Notes under the pieces: model-generated
What the model was told of the DNA's origin: nothing
Database searches by the model: none
The model's input: the letters and a program-made list of their open reading frames with translations, nothing else
IMG/VR virus record: IMGVR_UViG_3300047552_000481
Span: 15,081-79,080 of that record
Reading direction: 5' to 3' (one strand)
Length of the DNA: 64,000 nucleotides
DNA from: a virus
In this document: piece by piece, positions 9,756-19,373 of the stretch
Numbering within the stretch: position 1 is the stretch's first letter
Layout of the letters: the number at the start of each line of letters is the position of its first letter
Translations under genes and position numbers: made by a program

Positions 9756-10410
9756 TGAAACTTTGGCTATTCTCAAGAATTTTGCAACGATTAATCAAGG
9801 ATTATACTTCACAGAAGGAAATGAATTATCAACAAAATCGTTACAAGGTAATATTTTAGCCGTAGCAAAGATTGAAGAATCGATTCCAGTTAATTTTGGT
9901 ATTTATGATTTAAACAATCTGTTATCAGTTATTTCCTTATATAAGACTGGAGCAGAATTAGAATTTGACTCCAAACATATTCTGATTAAAGGTTTGGGCG
10001 GAAGGTCAACAATTAAGTATCGAATGACAGATCCGAGTATGTTAGTAATTCCTGGTGATAAGCGACCAAAATTACCATCAGTTGATGTTGAGTTAAATTT
10101 GACTATTGACGATTTAAACTGGATCATGCGTTCTGCGAATGTATTGAATTCTACACACATTTCTGTTGAATCAGATGGTGAAAATGTTGTGATGAACACG
10201 TTTGATGCCAAGAATGATTCTGCACATACAAATTCCGTAAAGATGAATGTTGTGTCTGATAAGAAGTTCAAGTTAGTTTTCAAGACCGAAAATTTGAAGA
10301 TGATACCTTCTGATTATAACGTTCAAATTTGTGCCAAGGGAATTGCAAAGTTTGAAAATACAAATTTAACATATTGGATCAGCTTGGAGACTAATTCTAC
10401 CTATGAATAA
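9742..10410 (+). CDS. 45: Sliding clamp gp45
   Basis: MKLSNETLAILKNFATINQ, FGIYDLNNLL, YWISLE. Confidence 0.95.
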   Translation: MKLSNETLAILKNFATINQGLYFTEGNELSTKSLQGNILAVAKIEESIPVNFGIYDLNNLLSVISLYKTGAELEFDSKHILIKGLGGRSTIKYRMTDPSMLVIPGDKRPKLPSVDVELNLTIDDLNWIMRSANVLNSTHISVESDGENVVMNTFDAKNDSAHTNSVKMNVVSDKKFKLVFKTENLKMIPSDYNVQICAKGIAKFENTNLTYWISLETNSTYE

Positions 10411-10576
10411 ATATATCAGCACATTTATCTTTGTAATGGTAGTATTTGTTATTGTATATGCTATGTTAATGGTTGGATTTCATATTGGCAGATACAATAT
10501 TTTATATAATTGTGATCATGCACAAGAGTTTAGAGTTGGGGAAAGTTATTTTATTTGTGAGAGGGTAAAGAAATGA
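10403..10576 (+). CDS. Small membrane protein (57 aa, not in ORF track)
   Basis: GGAG RBS, N-terminal hydrophobic helix, ATGA overlap with next gene. Confidence 0.55.
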   Translation: MNKYISTFIFVMVVFVIVYAMLMVGFHIGRYNILYNCDHAQEFRVGESYFICERVKK

Positions 10577-10851
10577 GTAAAACAATTGCGTCAGTATTTG
10601 GAACACTTTCAGATGAAGAAATTACAAAGCTAAAGACAGGTATCCGTGAAATGTCGGACCTCATGACCATTATGGATAGTCAAAAGTCCGCTATGAAAGA
10701 GACACTTGACTCATTATTTGAAGACATTAAGATTCCCAAGAAGATTCTTAGGAAATTGGCGAAGTCTTATCATCAAAATAATTACTCTGAAGTTGTGCTT
10801 GAGAATTCAGAATTCCAAACATTATATGAAGGAGTATTTGATGAAGTTTGA
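10573..10851 (+). CDS. dsbA: T4 DsbA-like dsDNA-binding protein
   Basis: IREMSD..IPKKILRKLAKSYH..F.TLYE pattern of the Phage_DsbA family. Confidence 0.75.
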   Translation: MSKTIASVFGTLSDEEITKLKTGIREMSDLMTIMDSQKSAMKETLDSLFEDIKIPKKILRKLAKSYHQNNYSEVVLENSEFQTLYEGVFDEV

Positions 10852-11257
10852 TGAAATATCAGGTTATCAAAAAAACATCTATGAAGATGATAAGATGTGT
10901 TGTAAATATCTGGTTACAACTGTAGTAGGAGATACAGTTGAAAGAAGGTTGGATAGGAAAGAATTAGTAGAAGATGATTTCATTTATGAAAAAGATGAAG
11001 TTATCGATATTCTACAAAGTGTAATTAAGCATAATTTAGATCATGTTAAATGTGACAACGATATCCTTAAATTATCCTTGATGAATAAGTATTCAAAATT
11101 AGTCGGTGGAGCAGTTAAACCACGATATGATAATGTGTATTTTCATAAGTCAGGAAATATTGATGCTCCGGTGTTTGTCATGAAACATGATGATAAATAT
11201 GCAATTTTTATGCATCCACAAATCAAACATTATGGGTTTATTATTGATGAACAATAA
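10841..11257 (+). CDS. Hypothetical protein
   Basis: GGAG RBS before ATG 10841. Confidence 0.6.
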   Translation: MKFDEISGYQKNIYEDDKMCCKYLVTTVVGDTVERRLDRKELVEDDFIYEKDEVIDILQSVIKHNLDHVKCDNDILKLSLMNKYSKLVGGAVKPRYDNVYFHKSGNIDAPVFVMKHDDKYAIFMHPQIKHYGFIIDEQ

Positions 11258-12188
11258 AGAGTTTTTATGGGTTGAAAAGTATAGACCAACAACAATTGAC
11301 GAATGTATTTTGCCAGAAGCACTAAAAAATACGTTCAAAACATATGTTGAGAAAAAGGAAATTCCAAACATAATTCTTCATGGTGGGCCAGGAACAGGGA
11401 AGACCACAACATTATTAGCATTGTGTGAAGAAATTGGTTGTGATCACATTTTTATTAATGGAAGTTCTGAAAATGGAATTGATGTGTTCAGAAATAAAAT
11501 TACTAATTATGCATCTGCGGTATCTTTAAGTGGTGGGAGAAAAGCAGTTATAATCGATGAAAGCGATTATATGAATTCTCAATCTCTACAGCCAGCACTT
11601 CGCAGCGGAATTGAGGAATTTAGTCAGACCACATCATTTTTGATGACATGTAATTTTCCTAACAAGATTATTGGACCGATCCATTCTCGGTGTGCAGTAT
11701 TTGATTTCAAGATTCCGAAAGAAGAAAAACGGGGTCTGATGAATCAGTTTTACAAGAGAGTTTGTTCAATTTTAACGGCTGAAGGAGTTGAATATAACAA
11801 GGAAGTTATTGTATCATTAATCACCAAATATTTTCCAGATTACCGAAAGATATTAAATGAGTTGCAACGATATTCGGTTAATGGTAACATTGATGTGGGG
11901 ATTTTGACTCAGATTGGAAATCTGCAATTAAAGGATTTGATTGATTCCTTAAAGGATAAGAATTATGCCAAGGTTCGAGAATGGGTGAACAATAATTTTG
12001 ATAATGATATCGAGTCTGTCTATAGGAAGATATATGATGGATTGGTAGAATTTCTAAAACCAACATCAATTCCAACGGCAGTTTTGATTATTGCAAAGTA
12101 TCAATATCAGTCGAGTTTTGTTGCTGATCCTTCAATTCAATTATTGGCGTTTTTCACTGAAATGATGATTGAGGTTGAATTTAAATAA
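11247..12188 (+). CDS. 44: Clamp loader large subunit gp44
   Basis: LWVEKYRP, GGPGTGKT, IIDESD, SRC. Confidence 0.96.
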   Translation: MNNKEFLWVEKYRPTTIDECILPEALKNTFKTYVEKKEIPNIILHGGPGTGKTTTLLALCEEIGCDHIFINGSSENGIDVFRNKITNYASAVSLSGGRKAVIIDESDYMNSQSLQPALRSGIEEFSQTTSFLMTCNFPNKIIGPIHSRCAVFDFKIPKEEKRGLMNQFYKRVCSILTAEGVEYNKEVIVSLITKYFPDYRKILNELQRYSVNGNIDVGILTQIGNLQLKDLIDSLKDKNYAKVREWVNNNFDNDIESVYRKIYDGLVEFLKPTSIPTAVLIIAKYQYQSSFVADPSIQLLAFFTEMMIEVEFK

Positions 12189-12571
12189 TGGATATATTTA
12201 AAGACACGATACCATCATTATTATCCAATAATAATTATAAACTAGAAAGCGAATTAGAAGAAAAGGAGTACAAAGCATTTCTTATTAACAAGGCGTTATC
12301 CGCACAAATGGATGTAATATTTTATGTTGATGAAATGAATAGAAATCATCAATTAGATAACAAATTGCAATATGATTTTTATTTTTATTCCATTAAGAAA
12401 TATAAGCGTCCGTTTCAGAAATGGTTAAAGACGACTGAGATAGAGGATATTGAGATTATAAAGGAATATTATGGGTATTCTAATCAAAAGGCCAAGGAAG
12501 TGATTAAACTATTATCAAAAGAAGATTTGCAGTATATTCGAGACAAAGTAGAAAAAGGTGGACAAATATAA
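12188..12571 (+). CDS. 62: Clamp loader small subunit gp62
   Basis: FLINKALS, QYDF, EYYGYSNQKAK; follows gene 44. Confidence 0.93.
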   Translation: MDIFKDTIPSLLSNNNYKLESELEEKEYKAFLINKALSAQMDVIFYVDEMNRNHQLDNKLQYDFYFYSIKKYKRPFQKWLKTTEIEDIEIIKEYYGYSNQKAKEVIKLLSKEDLQYIRDKVEKGGQI

Positions 12572-12574
12572 ACT

Positions 12575-12582
12575 TATAAATA
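12575..12582 (+). promoter_or_regulatory. T4-type late promoter upstream of regA
   Basis: Intergenic TATAAATA. Confidence 0.6.
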
Positions 12583-12623
12583 ATAATGTGTGACTTTACA
12601 CATGTAATTTTTGGAGAACTATA

Positions 12624-13046
12624 ATGACAGATGATTTCATGATTCAGAACGATATTGGTGTAGAAGTGGTTTTAGAAGAAGAGGATGATTTCCTTAAGGT
12701 CCGAGAAACATTAGAACGGATCGGAATTGCATCTTTTAAGGACAAGAAGTTTTTTCCTTCTTGTAATATTCTTCATAAGCGCAATAAGTATTATATTTGC
12801 CATTACAAATCACTTTTCATTTTAGATAAGAAACCTTCAACAATTTCAGAATCGGATATTCAGCGTAGAAACGCAATTGCTCTATTACTAGAGGATTGGG
12901 GATTACTAAAAGTTCTGAACCGAAAAGACTACGAAGAAAATAAGGTTGATGTTTCTCAACTAAGAATTTTAAAATACGGCGACAAAAATAATTGGGAAAT
13001 TTGTCCTAAATATAATATTGGAAACAAGCGAAAGACGTATAAATAA
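12624..13046 (+). CDS. regA: Translational repressor RegA
   Basis: DDFLKVRETLERIGIAS, RRNAIALLLEDWGL, PKYNIG. Confidence 0.96.
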   Translation: MTDDFMIQNDIGVEVVLEEEDDFLKVRETLERIGIASFKDKKFFPSCNILHKRNKYYICHYKSLFILDKKPSTISESDIQRRNAIALLLEDWGLLKVLNRKDYEENKVDVSQLRILKYGDKNNWEICPKYNIGNKRKTYK

Positions 13047-13138
13047 TTATATAGTCCTGAATCATGACTAAAAACTGATTCAACCCTATGCCTTCGGGAT
13101 AGGAAATAACTTTAACTCGCTTAACAGGAGATAAAACT
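13038..13138 (+). promoter_or_regulatory. Late promoter plus structured 5' leader of hsp20
   Basis: TATAAATA 13038-13045; stems TGAATCA/TGATTCA and CCTAT..CC-TTCG-GG..ATAGG; AGGAG SD. Confidence 0.65.
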
Positions 13139-13588
13139 ATGACTACTTTACCACAATTAAAATCAGTCAACACCGTCACATTACCATCACTTTATTCCGA
13201 TCCATTCCTAGTAGGATTCGATAGGATTTTTGATGAACTGATGAAATTCTCTTCATCAGATAGGAAAAGTGTGGCATATCCACCATATAACATTATTAAA
13301 ATTGATGAAAATAACTATGAAATTCAAATTGCCGTGGCTGGATTTGAAAAATCTGAATTGGATGTTTCAGTTGAAAATGCTCATTTGACCATCAAAGGGT
13401 CAAAAATTAAAGATGATGAAACAACCTATATTCATCAAGGAATTGCTGCCAGAGATTTCATTCGTGAATTTACACTGGCAGAAACCGTAGAAATTGAGGA
13501 CGTATCACTAAAATCAGGAATGTTGTTTATTAAACTTAAAAACAATATTCCAGAACATAAACTCGCTCGGCAAATTCCAATTAAATAA
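13139..13588 (+). CDS. Small heat-shock protein (Hsp20/IbpA-like)
   Basis: GFDRIF, YPPYNI, AVAGF, YIHQGIAARDF. Confidence 0.95.
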   Translation: MTTLPQLKSVNTVTLPSLYSDPFLVGFDRIFDELMKFSSSDRKSVAYPPYNIIKIDENNYEIQIAVAGFEKSELDVSVENAHLTIKGSKIKDDETTYIHQGIAARDFIREFTLAETVEIEDVSLKSGMLFIKLKNNIPEHKLARQIPIK

Positions 13589-13597
13589 CCTGTGACC

Positions 13598-13627
13598 AGG
13601 GGGGAGTAAAATCCCCCCTTTACTTTT
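13598..13627 (+). terminator. Rho-independent terminator
   Basis: AGGGGGGA-GTAAAA-TCCCCCCT stem followed by T-rich tract. Confidence 0.85.
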
Positions 13628-13647
13628 GTGTGTAGATGTGGTATAAT
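13619..13647 (+). promoter_or_regulatory. Sigma70-type promoter overlapping the terminator
   Basis: TTTACT-17-TATAAT with extended -10. Confidence 0.7.
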
Positions 13648-13673
13648 GAGCTTCCATTTCAAAGGAGGATTTT

Positions 13674-13859
13674 ATGAAGCCAAAGAAAATTAAGCAACTC
13701 TATAAAGTAGTTGAATCGCTTGTAAATAAAGATCAATATTACACAGCAGATAGCTTTCCAACAAAAACAATTGATGGAAAGATTTATATTACTGTGAAAA
13801 AGAACCCAGGAGACAGACAGACATTTTGGATGTTAAAAGAAAATATGAAATATGTATAG
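13674..13859 (+). CDS. Hypothetical protein
   Basis: AGGAGG RBS. Confidence 0.7.
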   Translation: MKPKKIKQLYKVVESLVNKDQYYTADSFPTKTIDGKIYITVKKNPGDRQTFWMLKENMKYV

Positions 13860-13869
13860 GAGAACCAAA

Positions 13870-14259
13870 ATGAACGTAAAATATTTTTATCTACGTAATG
13901 ACTATAATAATCGTGATGTAACAATTGTAACGTCAGTAGTTCCAGAAAACAATAAATATCGAGTCGATTTCGCATGGGCATTTCGATCAAATCATGATCA
14001 ATTTGTCAAGAAACTTGGTCGCGGAGTTGTTGATGTTCGTCTACAACTAAATGATCCAAATTATTCAGATACCATTTGGGTAGACGAAAAGAAGTCTCGA
14101 AAAATTAAATTCGAAATTCTCAAGAGACTTCTGACAAAAGAATCAACACCACAAAAGTATATTGAAGATATTTCTTGGTCTGCATACGAATTGGCTGCAC
14201 AAAAACCAGAAGTTGATCCATGGAAGAAAGAATGTAAAGCAGAGATTTTGAGCTTATGA
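13870..14259 (+). CDS. Hypothetical phage protein
   Basis: AGGAG RBS; DQFVKKLGR motif. Confidence 0.65.
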   Translation: MNVKYFYLRNDYNNRDVTIVTSVVPENNKYRVDFAWAFRSNHDQFVKKLGRGVVDVRLQLNDPNYSDTIWVDEKKSRKIKFEILKRLLTKESTPQKYIEDISWSAYELAAQKPEVDPWKKECKAEILSL

Positions 14260-14750
14260 AAAAGAAAATGATGGATTTTTACATGGATGTGGCCATTCGA
14301 ACTTCGGCATTATCATCAGCTAAGAGATTAAAGGTTGGTTCTGTTTTAGTTAAAAATGATAACATAATCTCATTTAGTTGGAATGGTAATGCCAGAGGTC
14401 TTGATAATGAATGTGAATATAAGTTATATAAACCAGAAAATGAAATTATAACTGATTGGTTTGACTTAAATGATAAGTATCCATATTCAGATCAAAATGG
14501 AAGATATACATTAAAAACGAAAGAAACTGTTACTCATGCTGAAGAAGCTATGTTAATGAAAATGGCTTCTTCACATGAATCTGCCGAAGGTGCCACATTA
14601 TTTTGTACTCATGCGTGTTGTATGCAATGTGCCAAATTAATATTCGGTGCGAAGATTAAACAGTTCATCTATATGAATGAATATAGAAGTTCAGATGGAC
14701 CTAATTTTTTAGAACAAATGGGAATAGAGGTTATAAGATATGTCAAATAA
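14256..14750 (+). CDS. cd: dCMP deaminase
   Basis: KVGSVLVK, WNG, HAE, C.QCAK zinc motifs. Confidence 0.92.
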   Translation: MKKKMMDFYMDVAIRTSALSSAKRLKVGSVLVKNDNIISFSWNGNARGLDNECEYKLYKPENEIITDWFDLNDKYPYSDQNGRYTLKTKETVTHAEEAMLMKMASSHESAEGATLFCTHACCMQCAKLIFGAKIKQFIYMNEYRSSDGPNFLEQMGIEVIRYVK

Positions 14751-15132
14751 TTGTGAAGTAGAATTCAATAGATTATCATTAAAGCCGGGTGATGATCTTG
14801 TCATTAAAGTAAATACCGATGGCTTAACAGAAGAACAAGCAGTAAATAGATTACAAGATATCGCAGATGATCCATTTGTAGAATATATTAGAGATAAGGG
14901 TCATAAAGTATACATTTCATATACTGGTGTTGATATCTCAATCTTAAGATTGGAAGAAAATGATAAAGTAATTGTTAATGCTGATGTAACAGGAATGAAT
15001 GAACAGGAAATTAAGAAATATATTGATTATGTTGAATTTAAATTATCATCAAATATTGATAAAGAAAGATTGGTCATTGTTCCAAAGCATAAACAAACAG
15101 ATGTTAAAGTTTTGAAGGAGGATAAGAAATGA
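14740..15132 (+). CDS. Hypothetical protein with two internal repeats
   Basis: L.L...D.LV/VI...D/TG..EQ unit occurs twice. Confidence 0.65.
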   Translation: MSNNCEVEFNRLSLKPGDDLVIKVNTDGLTEEQAVNRLQDIADDPFVEYIRDKGHKVYISYTGVDISILRLEENDKVIVNADVTGMNEQEIKKYIDYVEFKLSSNIDKERLVIVPKHKQTDVKVLKEDKK

Positions 15133-15425
15133 GTATTGTTGGTCTAAAATTAGTTACTGGTGAAGATATCGTTGCTGAAAGTATGGAAACCCTAAATTAT
15201 TATAAAAATCCAGTTCAGGTTGCAATTGTTCCAAATCGAACTGGACAAACACAAGCAATGTTTGTGCCATTTCCACAATTAGCAAAATCTTCATCGAGTC
15301 GAGAAATATTTCTTCATGATTCTTTTGTTATTTGTAAATATGATGTTGACTTGGAGGTAGAAAACCAGTATAATTCAATGTTTGGATCTGGTCTAGTTGT
15401 TCCTCCAAAGGGGTCATTTATCTAG
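15129..15425 (+). CDS. Conserved T4-like small protein upstream of gene 43
   Basis: LKLVTGEDIVA..YNSMFGSGLVVP. Confidence 0.75.
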   Translation: MSIVGLKLVTGEDIVAESMETLNYYKNPVQVAIVPNRTGQTQAMFVPFPQLAKSSSSREIFLHDSFVICKYDVDLEVENQYNSMFGSGLVVPPKGSFI

Positions 15426-15433
15426 GAGACGAA

Positions 15434-17995
15434 ATGAATTTTTACATCAATGCGAGAGTTTATGGTAATAATATTCTTTACACAGGAATAGAAAACTCAA
15501 AGAAGATTCGGGCTAAAATTCCATATAGGCCGAAATTATACATTCCTTCCAAAACGACATCCCCGTATCAGACGATTTATGGGGATTATCTTCAAGAACT
15601 AGAACCGGGCGATATTAAAGAAACCCGAGATTTTATTCGACAATATGAGAATGTCGAGAATTTCAAAATCTATGGAAACACCAAATTCGAATATTGTTAT
15701 ATTTCCGATCAATTTCCAAATGATATTGAATATGATATTGGAAACATTAGAATAGCGATTGTTGATATCGAAGTTAATTCTGATCCAGAAACAGGTGGTT
15801 TTTCATCACCAGAAAATCCATTTCAACCAATTACAGCAATTACATTAAAATTCCTAAATGAACCCAAGTATCATGTATTTTCATGTGGTCATTTTGATGC
15901 TCCAGATAATGTAATTTATTATAATTGTAATTCAGAAGAACATTTGGCTTCCAAATTTATTCAAATCTGGTCCGAAAACCACCCTGATATCGTCTCCGGT
16001 TGGATGTCATCAAATTTTGATATCAATTATATTGTAAACCGATTTAATCGAATTTTAGATTCGTCAGAAGTAAATAAGTTATCTCCTTGGCATATTGTTA
16101 AACAAACTAATAGAAAGGAATTTAATGAGAAATTCAGTAGATATGAAGAAACTCTGAAAACAGAAATCTTTGGTATATCCCAATTGGATTATCTTGAATT
16201 ATACAAGAAACATTTTCCAGGAGGAAATTCTAGAGAATCACATAAATTAGATTTCATCTGTGAATTAGAAATCAATGAAAAGAAAGTTGAATATGACGGA
16301 TCACTTCATAAATTATATACCGAAGATTTCGACAAATTTATTAGATATAATATTAAAGACGTTGAACTCGTTGAAAATCTAGATAAGAAATGTAAACTAT
16401 TTGAACTGGCTTTAATGCTTGCATACATTTCAAAATCAAATTATGAAGATGTATTCAAACAAACTAGAATGTGGGATTCATTAATTTATGGATTTCTAAA
16501 ACAAAAAGGTATTCAAGTTCCACAGACGGAACATGATAATGATGGATCATATGAAGGAGCATTTGTTAAAGATCCGATTTTAGGTATGCATAGGTGGGTT
16601 GTTTCATTAGACGCAACTTCACTATACCCATCTATTATTATGGGCAAGAATATTAGTCCAGAAACATTGGTAACATCCTATAATTCTGATCTTAATAAAA
16701 TCAAATCTCAAAACGCAAATGTTAATTCATTATTGAATAAAACTGTAGATTTGTCAGCATTGAAAGATAACAACGTTGGGATCGCAGCAAATGGTCATTT
16801 TTTCAAAAATGATAAGAAAGGATTTCTCCCAGAAATTGTAGAAAAGTATTTTAATCAAAGGGTTATCTTCAAGAAGGAAAAGTTAAGACTAGAAGCTGAA
16901 TGTGAGAAATTAAAGAAATCGAAAACTAATAAAGCAAAGGTGGAAGAATTGAAATATCAGATTGCCAAATTTGATACCATGCAATGGGCAATCAAGATCT
17001 TCTTGAATTCGCTATACGGCTCAATAGCAAACAAGTATTTTAGGTTTTTTGATTTAAGGTTGGCCGAAGCAATTACATTAGAAGGACAACTTTCGATTCA
17101 ATGGGCAGAAAAGTATTTAAATCAATATCTTAACAATTTACTCAAGACGGATAAAGATTATGTTATCGCATGTGACACAGATTCATTATTATTTTATCTC
17201 TCTGATTTAGTTAATAAGTTTTATCCCCCGGAAGCTCAACAGGATAAGAGCAAGATTATTGAATTTCTAATTAAGGTTATTGATAAGAAGATTCAGCCAT
17301 ATGTAAATTTTATATGTGAAGATTTGTGTTCATATGTAAATTCATATGAGAATAAGATTAATTTTAAGGTTGAGAAGATTTGTTCTGCAGGTATTTGGAC
17401 AGCCAAGAAAAGATATGCATTAAGTGTTTATTCTAATGAAGGAGTTATTTATTCTGAACCAAAAACCAAAGTAACCGGATTAGAAGTTATCAAGTCTTCT
17501 ACGCCAAAAGTTATCAGGGATAAGATTAAGAAATGTATTGAGATTATGCTCAACTCAACTGAACCGGAATTGATTGATTATATTGCAACAGTTGATAAGG
17601 AATTCAAATCTTTTCCTGTAGAAATGATTGCATTCCCAAGGGGCGTTAATGGGGTGTCTAAATATTATGACTCAACGACATTGTATAAGAAAGGCACTCC
17701 ACTACATGTTCGTGGAGCATTATTACATAATAAGTTTGTCAAGGATAACAAATTATCACAATATGAATTGATTAAAGATGGAGACAAAATTAAGTATTGT
17801 TATCTGAAAATGCCCAATAAGTTAAAGGAAAATGTAATTGCATTTGTTGATAAGCTGCCTGTTGAATTTGACTTGACAACGTATGTTGACTATGATATAA
17901 TGTTTGAGAAGGTATTCAAAGAACCAGTCAAAACATTGTCCAATGTGATTGGGTGGAAAATTGAAAAGAGTTTTAATATAGAAGATTTTATCTGA
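15434..17995 (+). CDS. 43: Family B DNA polymerase gp43
   Basis: DIEV exonuclease, DATSLYPS, KIFLNSLYG, CDTDS, KKRY; uninterrupted. Confidence 0.97.
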   Translation: MNFYINARVYGNNILYTGIENSKKIRAKIPYRPKLYIPSKTTSPYQTIYGDYLQELEPGDIKETRDFIRQYENVENFKIYGNTKFEYCYISDQFPNDIEYDIGNIRIAIVDIEVNSDPETGGFSSPENPFQPITAITLKFLNEPKYHVFSCGHFDAPDNVIYYNCNSEEHLASKFIQIWSENHPDIVSGWMSSNFDINYIVNRFNRILDSSEVNKLSPWHIVKQTNRKEFNEKFSRYEETLKTEIFGISQLDYLELYKKHFPGGNSRESHKLDFICELEINEKKVEYDGSLHKLYTEDFDKFIRYNIKDVELVENLDKKCKLFELALMLAYISKSNYEDVFKQTRMWDSLIYGFLKQKGIQVPQTEHDNDGSYEGAFVKDPILGMHRWVVSLDATSLYPSIIMGKNISPETLVTSYNSDLNKIKSQNANVNSLLNKTVDLSALKDNNVGIAANGHFFKNDKKGFLPEIVEKYFNQRVIFKKEKLRLEAECEKLKKSKTNKAKVEELKYQIAKFDTMQWAIKIFLNSLYGSIANKYFRFFDLRLAEAITLEGQLSIQWAEKYLNQYLNNLLKTDKDYVIACDTDSLLFYLSDLVNKFYPPEAQQDKSKIIEFLIKVIDKKIQPYVNFICEDLCSYVNSYENKINFKVEKICSAGIWTAKKRYALSVYSNEGVIYSEPKTKVTGLEVIKSSTPKVIRDKIKKCIEIMLNSTEPELIDYIATVDKEFKSFPVEMIAFPRGVNGVSKYYDSTTLYKKGTPLHVRGALLHNKFVKDNKLSQYELIKDGDKIKYCYLKMPNKLKENVIAFVDKLPVEFDLTTYVDYDIMFEKVFKEPVKTLSNVIGWKIEKSFNIEDFI

Positions 17996-18002
17996 GGTAA
18001 AT

Positions 18003-18437
18003 ATGGAAACAACTAAACCAAAAAAGAGAACTAAAAAGGTTGATGACTCGATCAAGAATTTTAGTTTCGTTGAAATTGAAGCAATTATTATTGAGATCCA
18101 TGCCATAGAAGATATGGAAGATGAAGATTCTGATGAAATTATGTACAATTCACATCTAATTATGAATCTAGATGATTATTCTGGAACCAAAAAGATTTTG
18201 GTCACACCAACAGAAATTTTTGATTCGTGTCCGTCATGTTGCACGTTACAAACAATTCTAACAGTTAAGAATATGTTTAGTTGTATTCATAATACCGCAT
18301 ATGTGTATGATTCGGATCATGAACTTATTGAAGAATATGATTTAGATGATTTGCTAAAATCATATTTTGAAAATCATATGGATAATGAAATGGAGGAAAT
18401 TGAAAACTCACCATCACAACATCGTGTACTTCACTGA
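18003..18437 (+). CDS. Acidic hypothetical protein
   Basis: GAGG RBS; CPSC motif. Confidence 0.65.
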   Translation: METTKPKKRTKKVDDSIKNFSFVEIEAIIIEIHAIEDMEDEDSDEIMYNSHLIMNLDDYSGTKKILVTPTEIFDSCPSCCTLQTILTVKNMFSCIHNTAYVYDSDHELIEEYDLDDLLKSYFENHMDNEMEEIENSPSQHRVLH

Positions 18438-18467
18438 GGAATACTATGAGTAAGTTACTTTGTAAAT

Positions 18468-18526
18468 TTCGTGTATAAATATTGACGTGGGGTAACTCCC
18501 CACATTAAAACAATCAGTACACGGAG
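18468..18526 (+). promoter_or_regulatory. Late promoter with RBS-occluding hairpin for endonuclease gene
   Basis: TATAAATA 18474-18481; TTCGTGTA (18468-75) complementary to TACACGGA (18518-25), which overlaps the GGAG SD. Confidence 0.75.
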
Positions 18527-18532
18527 ATACAC

Positions 18533-19372
18533 ATGAAAAACAAAGTAACTTACAAATTAATGATAAAAATACACAGAAAAACAAAATTGAAATATCTGTG
18601 TATGACCAAGAAAAATGATTATAAGAAATATACCGGATCTGGTAAATATTGGAAACTACATTTAAAAGTTCACGGAAAGGATATTAAAACAATTTTAATA
18701 TTTGAAACTGAAAGTGAAGAAGAATTGGCTAAAGTGGGATTATACTTTTCCAAAAAATACAATATTGTAGAATCTGATGATTGGGCAAATTTAAAATTTG
18801 AGTGTGGGTATGATGGTGATCCAGATGTAGGATATCGAATAGGTAGATCTAATTATCATAGAAAAATTGGAATACATGATCCAAAATATAAACACCTTAA
18901 AGTAATTTGGTCAAAAAAGGGTGGTGTAATCGGTGGAAAGAAAACCCGTGAGAATAAAAGTGGGATATTTTCTGGTGATTGGGACAGATCAGCACAATCA
19001 ATTAAAAATTATGAGAATGGTATAGGATTCTCATCGATTCCATTGGAAGACAAAAGAAAAAATGGTAGAATAGGTGGAAGTATAAGTAGAGATATGAAAT
19101 TGGGCATTTTTGGAGCTTCAAAAGAAGATAAAACCAGATGGGCAAAAGAAAACGGAAGTTTGGGTGGAATACGTTGTAGGGATGAAAAATTAGGAATGTT
19201 TAAAAGGACCAGAGAAAATTTTTTAAAAGATTGTAGTGATGCTGGAAAAATTGGAGGAAAGGTTGTTGGTAGTATGTTGTGGTGGAATAATGGACAAATC
19301 AATAAGAAAAGTAATGAATGTCCAGGCGAAGGATTTGTTCGTGGTCAACTTAAAAAGTCAAAAGGTAAATAA
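18533..19372 (+). CDS. Seg-like (GIY-YIG-related) free-standing endonuclease with Gly-rich repeats
   Basis: KYLCMT..YTGSGKYW..HL..HG..WANL..E; repeated G..GG...K.GIF; WWNNG. Confidence 0.8.
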   Translation: MKNKVTYKLMIKIHRKTKLKYLCMTKKNDYKKYTGSGKYWKLHLKVHGKDIKTILIFETESEEELAKVGLYFSKKYNIVESDDWANLKFECGYDGDPDVGYRIGRSNYHRKIGIHDPKYKHLKVIWSKKGGVIGGKKTRENKSGIFSGDWDRSAQSIKNYENGIGFSSIPLEDKRKNGRIGGSISRDMKLGIFGASKEDKTRWAKENGSLGGIRCRDEKLGMFKRTRENFLKDCSDAGKIGGKVVGSMLWWNNGQINKKSNECPGEGFVRGQLKKSKGK

Positions 19373-19373
19373 T

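Noticed and set aside
19236-19373. N-terminal extension of UvsX (similarly for gp44, GuaC, gp13) given by the ORF track
   Set aside because: Overlaps upstream genes; homology-like sequence and RBS fit the downstream ATGs
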